A stretch of 64,000 nt of DNA from a virus (lineage: Duplodnaviria > Caudoviricetes), in IMG/VR virus record IMGVR_UViG_3300021430_000575, positions 19,401 through 83,400 of that record, one strand, 5' to 3'. The notes beneath the pieces are model-generated. The model saw nothing but the letters and a program-made list of their open reading frames with translations, did not search any database and was not told the DNA's origin. Positions 13,737 through 22,275 of this stretch are shown here, one piece after another. A program made the translations under genes and the position numbers. Numbering within the stretch: position 1 is the stretch's first letter; each line of letters begins with the position of its first letter.

Positions 13737-14540
13737 CTATATTCTGGTTTCTAGTTCTTGTCTCACAGCTTCTATCAACTCTGGATTATAATTCTCGTGT
13801 TTATCTTTGAAACAGTCCATATTTTCCAGAGCCCACATGTAGTAGTCTGTGGGAATTTCTTTAAATTTCTTGCCTTTATATTTTCCAAATGGCCATGACA
13901 CCACAGGAAATGCCTGCCAGCAAAGTTTATTAATCTGTTTGCCAATATCAGGCGAATCAGTTACAATGCCTCTTTCTAGAGCAGTGTTTACCAGGAATTC
14001 AAATAATTTGCTGCATACATAGGTATCATCATGTGCTCTATGTACTCCAGTTGAATCATCAACTGGTAAATCAAACCTATAGCGTAGGTAGCTGAGGTTA
14101 TATTGCATGTTAGGAAAGTCAACTGTAAATAGTTGTTTAGCCAATCTATGTGTGCATATCCACCGACCGCGGTCTTGTGTAATCACACATTGTTTGACCT
14201 CGTCGGCCATGATCCATGCACGCCCTAGAACTTCCTGGTCGTAAAAGGAATTATGAGCTACCCAGTAACTGGTGTCAGTCCAGTGAAGTATTTCTTTTAC
14301 CAATGGTACAGAATCTGCAAAAGTTGGTTTGCCAGCGATCATTCGCTGACTGATATTATTCTTAGCGCTGGCTTCGGGCGGAATAGGATCACGACTTCCT
14401 AACAGCGTACTTTGCACTTGCCAATCGTTATCTTTATAACGTGCGCCGGCAATTTCTACTATTTCTGCTTTTTCTGGGACAAGATGTGTTGTCTCTGTAT
14501 CGACGACTGTGACAGTCTTAAAAAAATTTTCTTTGTGCAT
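13737..14540 (-). CDS. DEDDh 3'-5' exonuclease, exodeoxyribonuclease X-like
   Basis: VVDTETT, VAHNSFYD, HRAHDD motifs; C-terminal WPFGKYKGKKFKEIPTDYYMW. Confidence 0.85.
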   Translation of the reverse strand: MHKENFFKTVTVVDTETTHLVPEKAEIVEIAGARYKDNDWQVQSTLLGSRDPIPPEASAKNNISQRMIAGKPTFADSVPLVKEILHWTDTSYWVAHNSFYDQEVLGRAWIMADEVKQCVITQDRGRWICTHRLAKQLFTVDFPNMQYNLSYLRYRFDLPVDDSTGVHRAHDDTYVCSKLFEFLVNTALERGIVTDSPDIGKQINKLCWQAFPVVSWPFGKYKGKKFKEIPTDYYMWALENMDCFKDKHENYNPELIEAVRQELETRI

Positions 14541-14581
14541 AAAGAACTATTATGCAGTACCACCGGCTATGTCTAGATTTA

Positions 14582-15049
14582 TTAAGTAATTCTTTCAATT
14601 CCGTTGCCATAATAATGAAATTTACAGTAAAAATAATTGGTTGAGTTTTGTAAATTTTGTATATTCATCCAATAGGTAACATCATTTTTGATTACATGGT
14701 AAATGTTAGCAGGTTTCAATTGATCTTGCTGAATATCAAAAATATGAAAATTCCAATCAACTCCATTAGGGTTCATATTTACGCTGGCCTGTGTTTGTCG
14801 TGGGCTAGCTGTTATGCTTGTACCTGCTGCTTCTGCGCTGGGCCAGCAGCGCATACCGGGTATCCACACATTAATATATGGTGTATTATTAGCCAGTGTA
14901 ATTACCAATTGATGCCAACGAGGGCGTAGATACCAGGGAAAACAAAGAGTTTTGCTTGGTCCTATTGTATAAGTATAATCTTCTTCGTTTAATTGTGTAA
15001 CTATGCTGGCACCTTGCGGCAAGCCACCTGAGTAATACTGTCTAACCAT
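14582..15049 (-). CDS. Hypothetical protein
   Basis: 155-aa ORF, TAAATA 4 nt upstream. Confidence 0.7.
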   Translation of the reverse strand: MVRQYYSGGLPQGASIVTQLNEEDYTYTIGPSKTLCFPWYLRPRWHQLVITLANNTPYINVWIPGMRCWPSAEAAGTSITASPRQTQASVNMNPNGVDWNFHIFDIQQDQLKPANIYHVIKNDVTYWMNIQNLQNSTNYFYCKFHYYGNGIERIT

Positions 15050-15104
15050 ATTATATTTATTATCAAAATCTACTCATAAATATACAATAATTTGAGGTAT
15101 TCAT

Positions 15105-15542
15105 ATGAGTATATACACCTATCCGGTAATTGATGTCCAACTTCCTTCGTATACAGCAGGAGTATGGACTCCTACGTTAGAATTTAACGGTTCATCAGCT
15201 GGAATCATCAGCGATATTGCAGCAGGTACTTATTCATTCTTGTTTAACACAGTATTCTTTGAGCTATATATAAAACTATCCAGTAAAGGTGTAGCCACTG
15301 GCAACGCTACTATTGGCGGATTACCGCAGCTATCGTCAGTATATAGTGGCGACGGACGTATGGTTACGTATAGAAATATGTCAGGAGTAACATCTCCGGG
15401 TGGGTTTATTATGCCCAATGCTGGAAGCATAAATCTAACCAGTTCAACTTCCACAGAAACAGTAAACTTAACTGATGCCAATTTTACTGATACAACTGAG
15501 TTTGCGCTTTCCGGATACTACAGATTTGTAGAAATTAGCTAA
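15105..15542 (+). CDS. Putative virion/tail-fibre-associated protein
   Basis: GVWTPTL...GTYS...VFFELYI...ATIGGLP resembles fibre C-terminal beta domains; ATAAATA and SD GAGG upstream. Confidence 0.6.
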   Translation: MSIYTYPVIDVQLPSYTAGVWTPTLEFNGSSAGIISDIAAGTYSFLFNTVFFELYIKLSSKGVATGNATIGGLPQLSSVYSGDGRMVTYRNMSGVTSPGGFIMPNAGSINLTSSTSTETVNLTDANFTDTTEFALSGYYRFVEIS

Positions 15543-15569
15543 ATATTCTATTAAACGTGGACAAACAGC

Positions 15570-16793
15570 ATGACAGTTAACAGCAAAGTAAATCCTAATT
15601 TTCCCATACCGGGGATTGACCAAAGTAGTCGTGGGTTTCGAGACAATTTCGCAACCATTAAAGAAGAAATTGAAAATCTTCAGACAAAACAAATTCAATT
15701 AACTGGTACAATAGTGGGAGGTCCAGCACAAATTGGCGACGGTACAGGAGATGTTGTCATTGAAACATCTCTTAACATAACCAATGTGCCAGCGGCTGGT
15801 AGTAACTTGTCAATACAAATAAATGATTCTGGGCTGTTAGCTGGCTCAAATATGTTTTGGGTTGATAACAAAGTAGGTATTAACACATCATTACCGGCTT
15901 ATACTCTTCATGTTATTGGTAATGCAAATATTGCAGGAACTTCTAACACTGCTAGTTTATTTCTAGGACCTAATTTTGAAATTACCTCAGAAACCAACAC
16001 AAGTAATATTATTGTAAATGATTTAAAAGTTATTCAATTTACGCATCAATATGGCAACGTAGGCATAGGTACTGCACCCAGTACAACATTTGATGTTTTT
16101 TCAGTAAATGGCGATGTAGCACATTTCATAGCCGGAAAAGATGTAAACGATAATACAATAAGATTTAGTACATCTAATAACAGTACTGCCGGTGTAGTTC
16201 TAGAACAAGTAACTGCTAATAAACTTGGTGGTATGAGAATTGATCAATCTGGCAATGTTTCTATTCATGTAAACGAAAGCAGTGGAGCCAACCTATCCGA
16301 TGCAAGCAGAGTAATCAATATTTTAACAAATAATAATGTCGGTATTGGTAGCATGATTCCACAAAAACAATTGGATGTTCAAGGAAATGTTAAAATTACC
16401 GGACAATTGGAATTTTCAAATGCATCAGTGAATAGCGGAATAGTATTTCCCGATGGCAGTTTTCAAACTGTTGCTGGCGGAGGCGGTACTACTTCTAGTA
16501 GTACACGTTCTCTTACCTTAGATGATATTGGTCGTTACATTGTTTCGACAACTGCTGGATCAGAAACTATTACATTACCTACCGATTTGGCACTGGCATG
16601 GCCAGTTGGAGCCAGGACCAGTATTGTATTAACCGGAGCAGGAACTGTAAGTATTAGTCCAGATATAGGTGTTAGTCTTTATCTTGCAGGGATTGGAACT
16701 ACTGGAGCCAGAACACTTGCTACTTATGGGCTAGCAACAATTGTTAAAATAGCAGCCGACACTTGGTATATCAGTGGTGATGGTATATCATAA
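15570..16793 (+). CDS. Tail-fibre-like virion protein
   Basis: N-terminal NPNFP..DQ.S.GFRDNFA.IK shared with 48313..54198; VGIGT/VGINT repeats. Confidence 0.7.
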   Translation: MTVNSKVNPNFPIPGIDQSSRGFRDNFATIKEEIENLQTKQIQLTGTIVGGPAQIGDGTGDVVIETSLNITNVPAAGSNLSIQINDSGLLAGSNMFWVDNKVGINTSLPAYTLHVIGNANIAGTSNTASLFLGPNFEITSETNTSNIIVNDLKVIQFTHQYGNVGIGTAPSTTFDVFSVNGDVAHFIAGKDVNDNTIRFSTSNNSTAGVVLEQVTANKLGGMRIDQSGNVSIHVNESSGANLSDASRVINILTNNNVGIGSMIPQKQLDVQGNVKITGQLEFSNASVNSGIVFPDGSFQTVAGGGGTTSSSTRSLTLDDIGRYIVSTTAGSETITLPTDLALAWPVGARTSIVLTGAGTVSISPDIGVSLYLAGIGTTGARTLATYGLATIVKIAADTWYISGDGIS

Positions 16794-16811
16794 ATAACAT
16801 GAGGATTTAAA

Positions 16812-17138
16812 ATGGAACAAACACTTAAAGTTTTTGGGCAAAATAAACCGGATGCGGGTTTTGATACTAATTTGTTTACAGTTGCCATAGACAATCAGGC
16901 TCAATTCTCAATATTTGTTGCTAATCAATCAAATACATATGAGAGATTTACCATTGCAATAGTTCCTAATTCTCAAAGTGAACAGCCGGAGAACTATATA
17001 GCTTATAACACATATCTATATCCTAACGGTGTGATTGCATTTAGCGGATTATATTTAAACAGTGGTGACAAAGTGCAGGTTAGCAGCGAAAACGGAAATT
17101 GCAGTTTTACTGCCACAGGTATTGATTTTTCTCCGTAA
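16812..17138 (+). CDS. Small hypothetical virion-associated protein
   Basis: SD GAGG; C-terminal LYLNSGDKVQV resembles LVLQTGDRLLI of 47966..48307. Confidence 0.65.
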   Translation: MEQTLKVFGQNKPDAGFDTNLFTVAIDNQAQFSIFVANQSNTYERFTIAIVPNSQSEQPENYIAYNTYLYPNGVIAFSGLYLNSGDKVQVSSENGNCSFTATGIDFSP

Positions 17139-17180
17139 TTTAAGGGGTTTTTACTTTTGTGAAGTAAATATCTTGTTATC

Positions 17181-17447
17181 ATGGGCGATATAATTAAATT
17201 TCCAAAGCAAAGGACTAAGAAACAACAAAAAATTGACAATTTGTTAGTTGAAAAATTGCCCAATGTTGAACAACATTCTAACATCGGAGATGTTAATTTT
17301 ACCTGCGCTACATGTGGTACACGTAGTCAGTTAACATTTAATTATATTGTATTTAAATTGTGCGAATTTTATTGCAGTGCCTGTGGTACAGGTTATAAAA
17401 TATCTAATCCATTGTTTTCATCTCGTAAAAAGACTATATCAAAATGA
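17181..17447 (+). CDS. Zinc-ribbon protein
   Basis: CATCG...CSACG. Confidence 0.65.
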   Translation: MGDIIKFPKQRTKKQQKIDNLLVEKLPNVEQHSNIGDVNFTCATCGTRSQLTFNYIVFKLCEFYCSACGTGYKISNPLFSSRKKTISK

Positions 17448-17710
17448 GCGATAGTTCAATACACCCTTTTTTACCTCCTATGGCAGAATTAACTGCTGAT
17501 GAATTAGATAAAAAGCATTCATCATTGATAAATCGCTGGCGTATGGCTAAGAGTATGAATATGGATCAAAGTGTGCTTATACAACTTGACATGATGATTA
17601 CTGCAATGGAAGAAGAAAGATATCGCAGAGCTCAAGTCGAAGACAGTAAAAACAATGTAGTGATCGATACTGATCCAATTGAAATGCCAGTTTTTAATCG
17701 AAATAAATGA
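17444..17710 (+). CDS. Hypothetical protein
   Basis: 88-aa ORF coupled to neighbours by ATGA overlaps. Confidence 0.7.
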   Translation: MSDSSIHPFLPPMAELTADELDKKHSSLINRWRMAKSMNMDQSVLIQLDMMITAMEEERYRRAQVEDSKNNVVIDTDPIEMPVFNRNK

Positions 17711-18231
17711 CCGTTGATTTATCAAACAGACAAATTCTTGATAATGGAACAGTAATATTAGATCGTTATGGCCTAGTTGAGCTGTTGTACCAAGGTCAAA
17801 CCTTAGACAATTGTATAAGCAACGATCTAAGAGAGATTAATCAATTTAAACAAGCTAAGAAAATATGTGACAATAATCTAGATGAACCTAGATATATAGA
17901 TGACGTTGTTATTCCTGACATTCAATGGAATCAACATTGGTTTACACCTATAGAATATGCTGAAATAGATGTCAGAAACTGGTGTCACAACCTATGTAAG
18001 ACAGATGAAGAGCATCAACGAGTTGATTTAGAAATAAACGAACTTGAAAAAAGAGATATGCTACCAGTTTTACGACATTTAATATATTGTGTTGATATTT
18101 GGAGAAAGAATAACATATTTTGGGGTGTAGGACGAGGAAGCTCAGTTTGTTCTTTTGTGTTACATCTTATTGGAATTAACCGTGTAAATCCATTAAAATA
18201 TAATTTAGAAATTGATGAATGGCTAAAATAA
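17707..18231 (+). CDS. DNA polymerase III alpha (DnaE)-like fragment
   Basis: WGVGRGSSVCSFVLHLIGINRVNPLKYNL matches the DnaE GxGRGS motif; ends before the PDID catalytic motif. Confidence 0.7.
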   Translation: MTVDLSNRQILDNGTVILDRYGLVELLYQGQTLDNCISNDLREINQFKQAKKICDNNLDEPRYIDDVVIPDIQWNQHWFTPIEYAEIDVRNWCHNLCKTDEEHQRVDLEINELEKRDMLPVLRHLIYCVDIWRKNNIFWGVGRGSSVCSFVLHLIGINRVNPLKYNLEIDEWLK

Positions 18232-18258
18232 ATAATAATATACTTAAGGAGACAAATA

Positions 18259-18648
18259 ATGAGACATAGAACCGCACGCGGTGAGCTAATTGATATGGCA
18301 GCACTAACAACGCAAAATGCCAATCAAGTTGCACTAGGAAATGCAAGAATGAACGCAAGAGGCGATATATTAGGTGATCATGGTGTAGTTCTTAAAACAC
18401 AAGAACAAATTGAAGCTGAATGGGCAGCAGAAAAGGCTAAATTAAATAACACAGGCAATCAATCCGAAGACATTAAACTTCCTCTCGATCAAATGATCGC
18501 TCCTCCTTCGACAAAAAAACAACCACATTTAATGGTTGATAAGGATTTTGATATGGATATGATATCAGAGAATCCTGGTACTGAAAATGTATCACCAAAA
18601 GCACAGACTAACAAAACACCAAGACGTAGAATAGTGGAAACTGAATAA
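18259..18648 (+). CDS. Hypothetical protein
   Basis: SD AAGGAG; 129 aa. Confidence 0.75.
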   Translation: MRHRTARGELIDMAALTTQNANQVALGNARMNARGDILGDHGVVLKTQEQIEAEWAAEKAKLNNTGNQSEDIKLPLDQMIAPPSTKKQPHLMVDKDFDMDMISENPGTENVSPKAQTNKTPRRRIVETE

Positions 18649-18974
18649 TGGAAAATTTTGATTATGAACTCAAAGACGGGTCTATAGTAAGTCCTTTAGC
18701 CGATGTTATATTAGTATACGGAATGGAGCATGGTGATCAAATATTGTCATCGGGTATTATTATTCCAGATGACAACGGTAAAAGCTCGGGAATACGTCCG
18801 CGAGCTTGTATTGTTTATTCAGTTGGAAATAACATAGATTATATAAAACCAGAAGAAAAGATCCTTGTTAGTCACGGTCGGTGGTCACGTGGCTTCAAGA
18901 TCAAAGAAAAAGATGGTTCAATAAAAGTGGTTCGCCGGGTTGATCCCAAAGACATTTTGCTAGTTTATTCTTGA
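18648..18974 (+). CDS. GroES/Cpn10-like co-chaperonin
   Basis: SPLADVILV...SSGIIIPDD...IVYSVG...IKPEEKILV...KDILLV. Confidence 0.75.
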   Translation: MENFDYELKDGSIVSPLADVILVYGMEHGDQILSSGIIIPDDNGKSSGIRPRACIVYSVGNNIDYIKPEEKILVSHGRWSRGFKIKEKDGSIKVVRRVDPKDILLVYS

Positions 18975-19061
18975 TATCGTTACAAAATGTAACCTAGGTC
19001 TGGTATAAAGATTATATGTGGCTTGCTTGACATTCTGTTGATTTTAATACAATTATATAGA

Positions 19062-19505
19062 ATGATTAAATATATCACAGGCGATCTTATTGACGCCACA
19101 CAAAAAGTAATTGTCCATGGAGTAAATTGCTATGGAGTTATGGGTTCTGGAGTAGCAAAAGCTATACGAAATAAATGGCCTGAAGTATTTGAAGACTACC
19201 ATCTTCATTATAAACAATTTGGCTTAAAATTAGGTGACGTGTTGCCTGTGACTACCGATGATGGTAAAATCATTGTTAACGCAGCAACTCAAGAAAACTT
19301 TGGTAGAGATGGCAGGCAATACTGTAGCTATGATGCTATTGAACAGTGTTTTTTGCAAATTAATGATCTAGCATTAGAATGGCAGGTTAATGAAATTGCC
19401 TTACCAAAAATTGGCGCCGGTCTTGGTGGAGGGTCCTGGACTATTATAGAAAATATCATATTAAAAACTGCAAAAAATTATACACCTATTGTATACTCAC
19501 TATAA
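19062..19505 (+). CDS. Macrodomain (ADP-ribose-binding/hydrolase) protein
   Basis: ITGDL...VHGVNCYGVMGSGVAKAI...IALPKIGAGLGGGSW; start moved from track TTG 19023 to ATG 19062. Confidence 0.85.
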   Translation: MIKYITGDLIDATQKVIVHGVNCYGVMGSGVAKAIRNKWPEVFEDYHLHYKQFGLKLGDVLPVTTDDGKIIVNAATQENFGRDGRQYCSYDAIEQCFLQINDLALEWQVNEIALPKIGAGLGGGSWTIIENIILKTAKNYTPIVYSL

Positions 19506-19520
19506 TAATTGAGAAAGCAC

Positions 19521-20147
19521 ATGACAAATAATACATTATGGACTGAACGTTATAGACCAAATACAATTGAAGATTATGTATGGATAAATGAAGGTCAACG
19601 CCAGCAAGTTGAAAGTTGGATTGCAGAGCAAGAAATTCCGCATCTTCTATTGTCAGGTGGTCCAGGAGTTGGTAAAAGTTCATTAGCCAAATTGCTAATG
19701 AATGCACTGAATGTAGACCCCAGTGATATTAAATTTGTCAATGCTAGTAAAAACACTGGTATCGATTATATTCGAGAACTGGAAAATTTCATTGAAACCA
19801 TGCCTACTGGCAAATACCGTTATGTTATCCTTGACGAGTGCCTCGATGAAAACACAGTTGTCACGGTTCTAAGAAACGGTGAAGTATCTTCTATTAAAAT
19901 TAAAGATTTAGATGAAAAGAACGATTTAGTAAAATCATATAATTTAGAAAAAGAAAAAATAGAATGGCGACCATTTGAGTTAATAGATAAAGGAACTCAA
20001 GAAACAATTGAAATTGAGTTTAACAACGGTGAAATAATTATATGCACACCTACACATAAATGGTATGTTGAAGATCCTGCAACGTTGCAACCAATTGTAG
20101 TACAGGCAAAAGATTTATTTAATTATAATCATATTTTAACTCCATAA
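19521..20147 (+). CDS. Clamp-loader AAA+ subunit (RFC small/gp44-like), N-extein plus split-intein N-part
   Basis: WTERYRP, GGPGVGKS, NASKNTGID, YVILDE, then CLDENT... (102-aa IntN from 19839) and a stop. Confidence 0.9.
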   Translation: MTNNTLWTERYRPNTIEDYVWINEGQRQQVESWIAEQEIPHLLLSGGPGVGKSSLAKLLMNALNVDPSDIKFVNASKNTGIDYIRELENFIETMPTGKYRYVILDECLDENTVVTVLRNGEVSSIKIKDLDEKNDLVKSYNLEKEKIEWRPFELIDKGTQETIEIEFNNGEIIICTPTHKWYVEDPATLQPIVVQAKDLFNYNHILTP

Positions 20148-20170
20148 TTTTTTTACCACGCAGGCTGATA

Positions 20171-20212
20171 ACTTGTCTCGTGTTACACTAAATAGTGTAA
20201 TAGGAGACAGGT
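20171..20212 (+). promoter_or_regulatory. RBS-sequestering hairpin with TAAATA at the apex
   Basis: ACTTGTCTC/GAGACAGGT and TGTTACACTA/TAGTGTAATA; SD GGAG in the 3' arm just before ATG 20213; TAAATA at 20189-20194. Confidence 0.75.
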
Positions 20213-21238
20213 ATGGCAGTATCAGAGTTACATAAAGCTAAACTAAGACAGCTAGCATATGAAAGAAATTTTGGCGGAAATCGATACACTCAACAACGAG
20301 AGTACACGAATCAAGAGATTAATGATCTCTTTTACAAGTATAGTCATAAAGAAAATAAATTAGAATCTTTGTTTTCAAATAAAATTTTAAAAAATGAATA
20401 CTGTTGGTTAAATGATTTATCTCGATTCATGTCTAGATATAGCAAGGAAGTTCTATTATTATTAATAAATCCTAGAAAATGTCATACATGTAAGGAAATT
20501 CTTACACCTGATAATTACCCTAAATTAACGCGGAAAGCTATCAACTGTATTTATTGTTATCAAAATCAGCGATGGAAAACTAAACAATATAGAGATCCAG
20601 AAAAATTAAAATTGGCTGGGGAGAAAATTAGTACTCATATGAAAAAGCTTATGGCAGGTCCCACTGCACAAGAAATAAAAGATAATATTGGTAGGAAAAA
20701 TTCTATTAATATGAAAAAATATATGCAAACAGAAACTGGCAAACAGCAAAGGGATCGAGTAGCAAAGCATTTAAGCAATTTAATGGTTAATAAAATATTA
20801 GCCGGGCATTTCACACCATGTGTTACTAATTCAAGAACACATTGGTCTGCTACGATACAAACAGGTATCGAAATCAAAAAATTTAGAAGCTCTTGGGAAG
20901 CATGTTTTTGGTTTTCAAATCAGCATTTATTATACGAATACTATAGAATTCCATACTACGATAAAAATAATAAGAAACGTGCATATGTAGTTGATTTTTT
21001 TGATATAAACTCTAAAACAGTATATGAAATTAAACCAATAGCTAGATTTAATGAAGAAATTCACAAAATGACAGAAGCTATAAAATTTTGTATTGCAAAT
21101 CAAGTCAAATTTATTTGGATAAATGAGAATAATATTATGCAGTACATTGACACAGAGGTATTTAAAGAACATAATCTAAAACAGTTACAAAAGCTTCAAA
21201 AAGGTCTCAATGCAAAAGTTAGAAATAAAAAGTATTAA
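20213..21238 (+). CDS. Free-standing PD-(D/E)XK endonuclease (TnsA-N-like) between split-intein halves
   Basis: FRSSWEACF...YEYYRIPY...YVVDFFD...VYEIKP; different frame from both intein halves. Confidence 0.75.
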   Translation: MAVSELHKAKLRQLAYERNFGGNRYTQQREYTNQEINDLFYKYSHKENKLESLFSNKILKNEYCWLNDLSRFMSRYSKEVLLLLINPRKCHTCKEILTPDNYPKLTRKAINCIYCYQNQRWKTKQYRDPEKLKLAGEKISTHMKKLMAGPTAQEIKDNIGRKNSINMKKYMQTETGKQQRDRVAKHLSNLMVNKILAGHFTPCVTNSRTHWSATIQTGIEIKKFRSSWEACFWFSNQHLLYEYYRIPYYDKNNKKRAYVVDFFDINSKTVYEIKPIARFNEEIHKMTEAIKFCIANQVKFIWINENNIMQYIDTEVFKEHNLKQLQKLQKGLNAKVRNKKY

Positions 21239-21944
21239 AAAAACAAATACTACTCATCATGTATACGATCTCTCGGTGTCGTCAAATCATAATTTTTTTA
21301 TAGGAAAATCTGAAATTTTGACGCATAATTGCGATCGTCTATCAATCCAAGCTCAGGATAGTCTCAAAAGTATGATTGAAGAATATAGTGTTATTTGCCG
21401 CTGGATTTTAACTACTAATAGACCAAATAAAATAACTGCTCCTTTGCATAGCAGACTGCAAGGTTTTCATATTGAACAGCTTGATCGAGAACAGTTTGTT
21501 ACAAGAGTTGCAACAATATTGATCAATGAAAATATCGATCTCAAAGAAGAAAATCTTGAAGTATTAGATGAATATGTCAGCGTGACATATCCAGATCTAA
21601 GAAAATGTATTAATACTCTCCAGCAAAATTGTAAAAATGGTGAATTAAAGCGTCCAAGCCATACAGGGTCTGGGAGTATGACTGAATATATGGTGCAGGC
21701 TGTGAGTTTGTTTAAATCTGGAAAAATACACGAAGCACGCAAGCTAATATGCGCAAATGCCACTGACAATGACTATGAAGAAATTTATCGGTTGCTATAT
21801 ACTAATCTTAATTGGTGGTCAGCTGATGAAGAAGAGCAACATAAGGCCATTGTAATTATAGCTAACAGACTAAAAGATCATGCATTGGTTGCTGATCCAG
21901 AAATTAATCTTGCAGCATGTTTGATTGAGCTTAGTATGCTTTAA
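21210..21944 (+). CDS. Split-intein C-part plus clamp-loader C-extein
   Basis: 40-aa IntC (21210-21329) ending VYDLSV..NHNFF..ILTHN, then CDRLS..AQDSL...LHSRL; restores Walker B ILDE-CDRLS. Confidence 0.9.
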   Translation: MQKLEIKSIKKTNTTHHVYDLSVSSNHNFFIGKSEILTHNCDRLSIQAQDSLKSMIEEYSVICRWILTTNRPNKITAPLHSRLQGFHIEQLDREQFVTRVATILINENIDLKEENLEVLDEYVSVTYPDLRKCINTLQQNCKNGELKRPSHTGSGSMTEYMVQAVSLFKSGKIHEARKLICANATDNDYEEIYRLLYTNLNWWSADEEEQHKAIVIIANRLKDHALVADPEINLAACLIELSML

Positions 21945-21990
21945 AATAATCTATATTTGAAAAATATTACAGATTATTATTAATACAGGG

Positions 21991-22251
21991 TTATACATTA
22001 TCTTTTATAGTTACAGTTCCTTCTTGTCCAACTAAAATAGATGTATCTGGAAATTCATCTGGATAAAGTTGTTTAGCAAAATATGTGTACGGGGCATATT
22101 TAATTATAACATCGTCTATATTGTTAAAATCACTGTAATGTAGTCCAGTAACAAATACAGTAATTGGTGTAATATTTGCATAGCTATATTCAACAATTAT
22201 GTCATTGTTTCTAGATGAGATAATTTTCCAGTTTACATTGATATCTTGCAT
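21991..22251 (-). CDS. Hypothetical protein
   Basis: 86-aa ORF after the fibre gene, SD-like AAGGGA. Confidence 0.6.
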   Translation of the reverse strand: MQDINVNWKIISSRNNDIIVEYSYANITPITVFVTGLHYSDFNNIDDVIIKYAPYTYFAKQLYPDEFPDTSILVGQEGTVTIKDNV

Positions 22252-22275
22252 TTTATTCCCTTATGTATTATTAAT

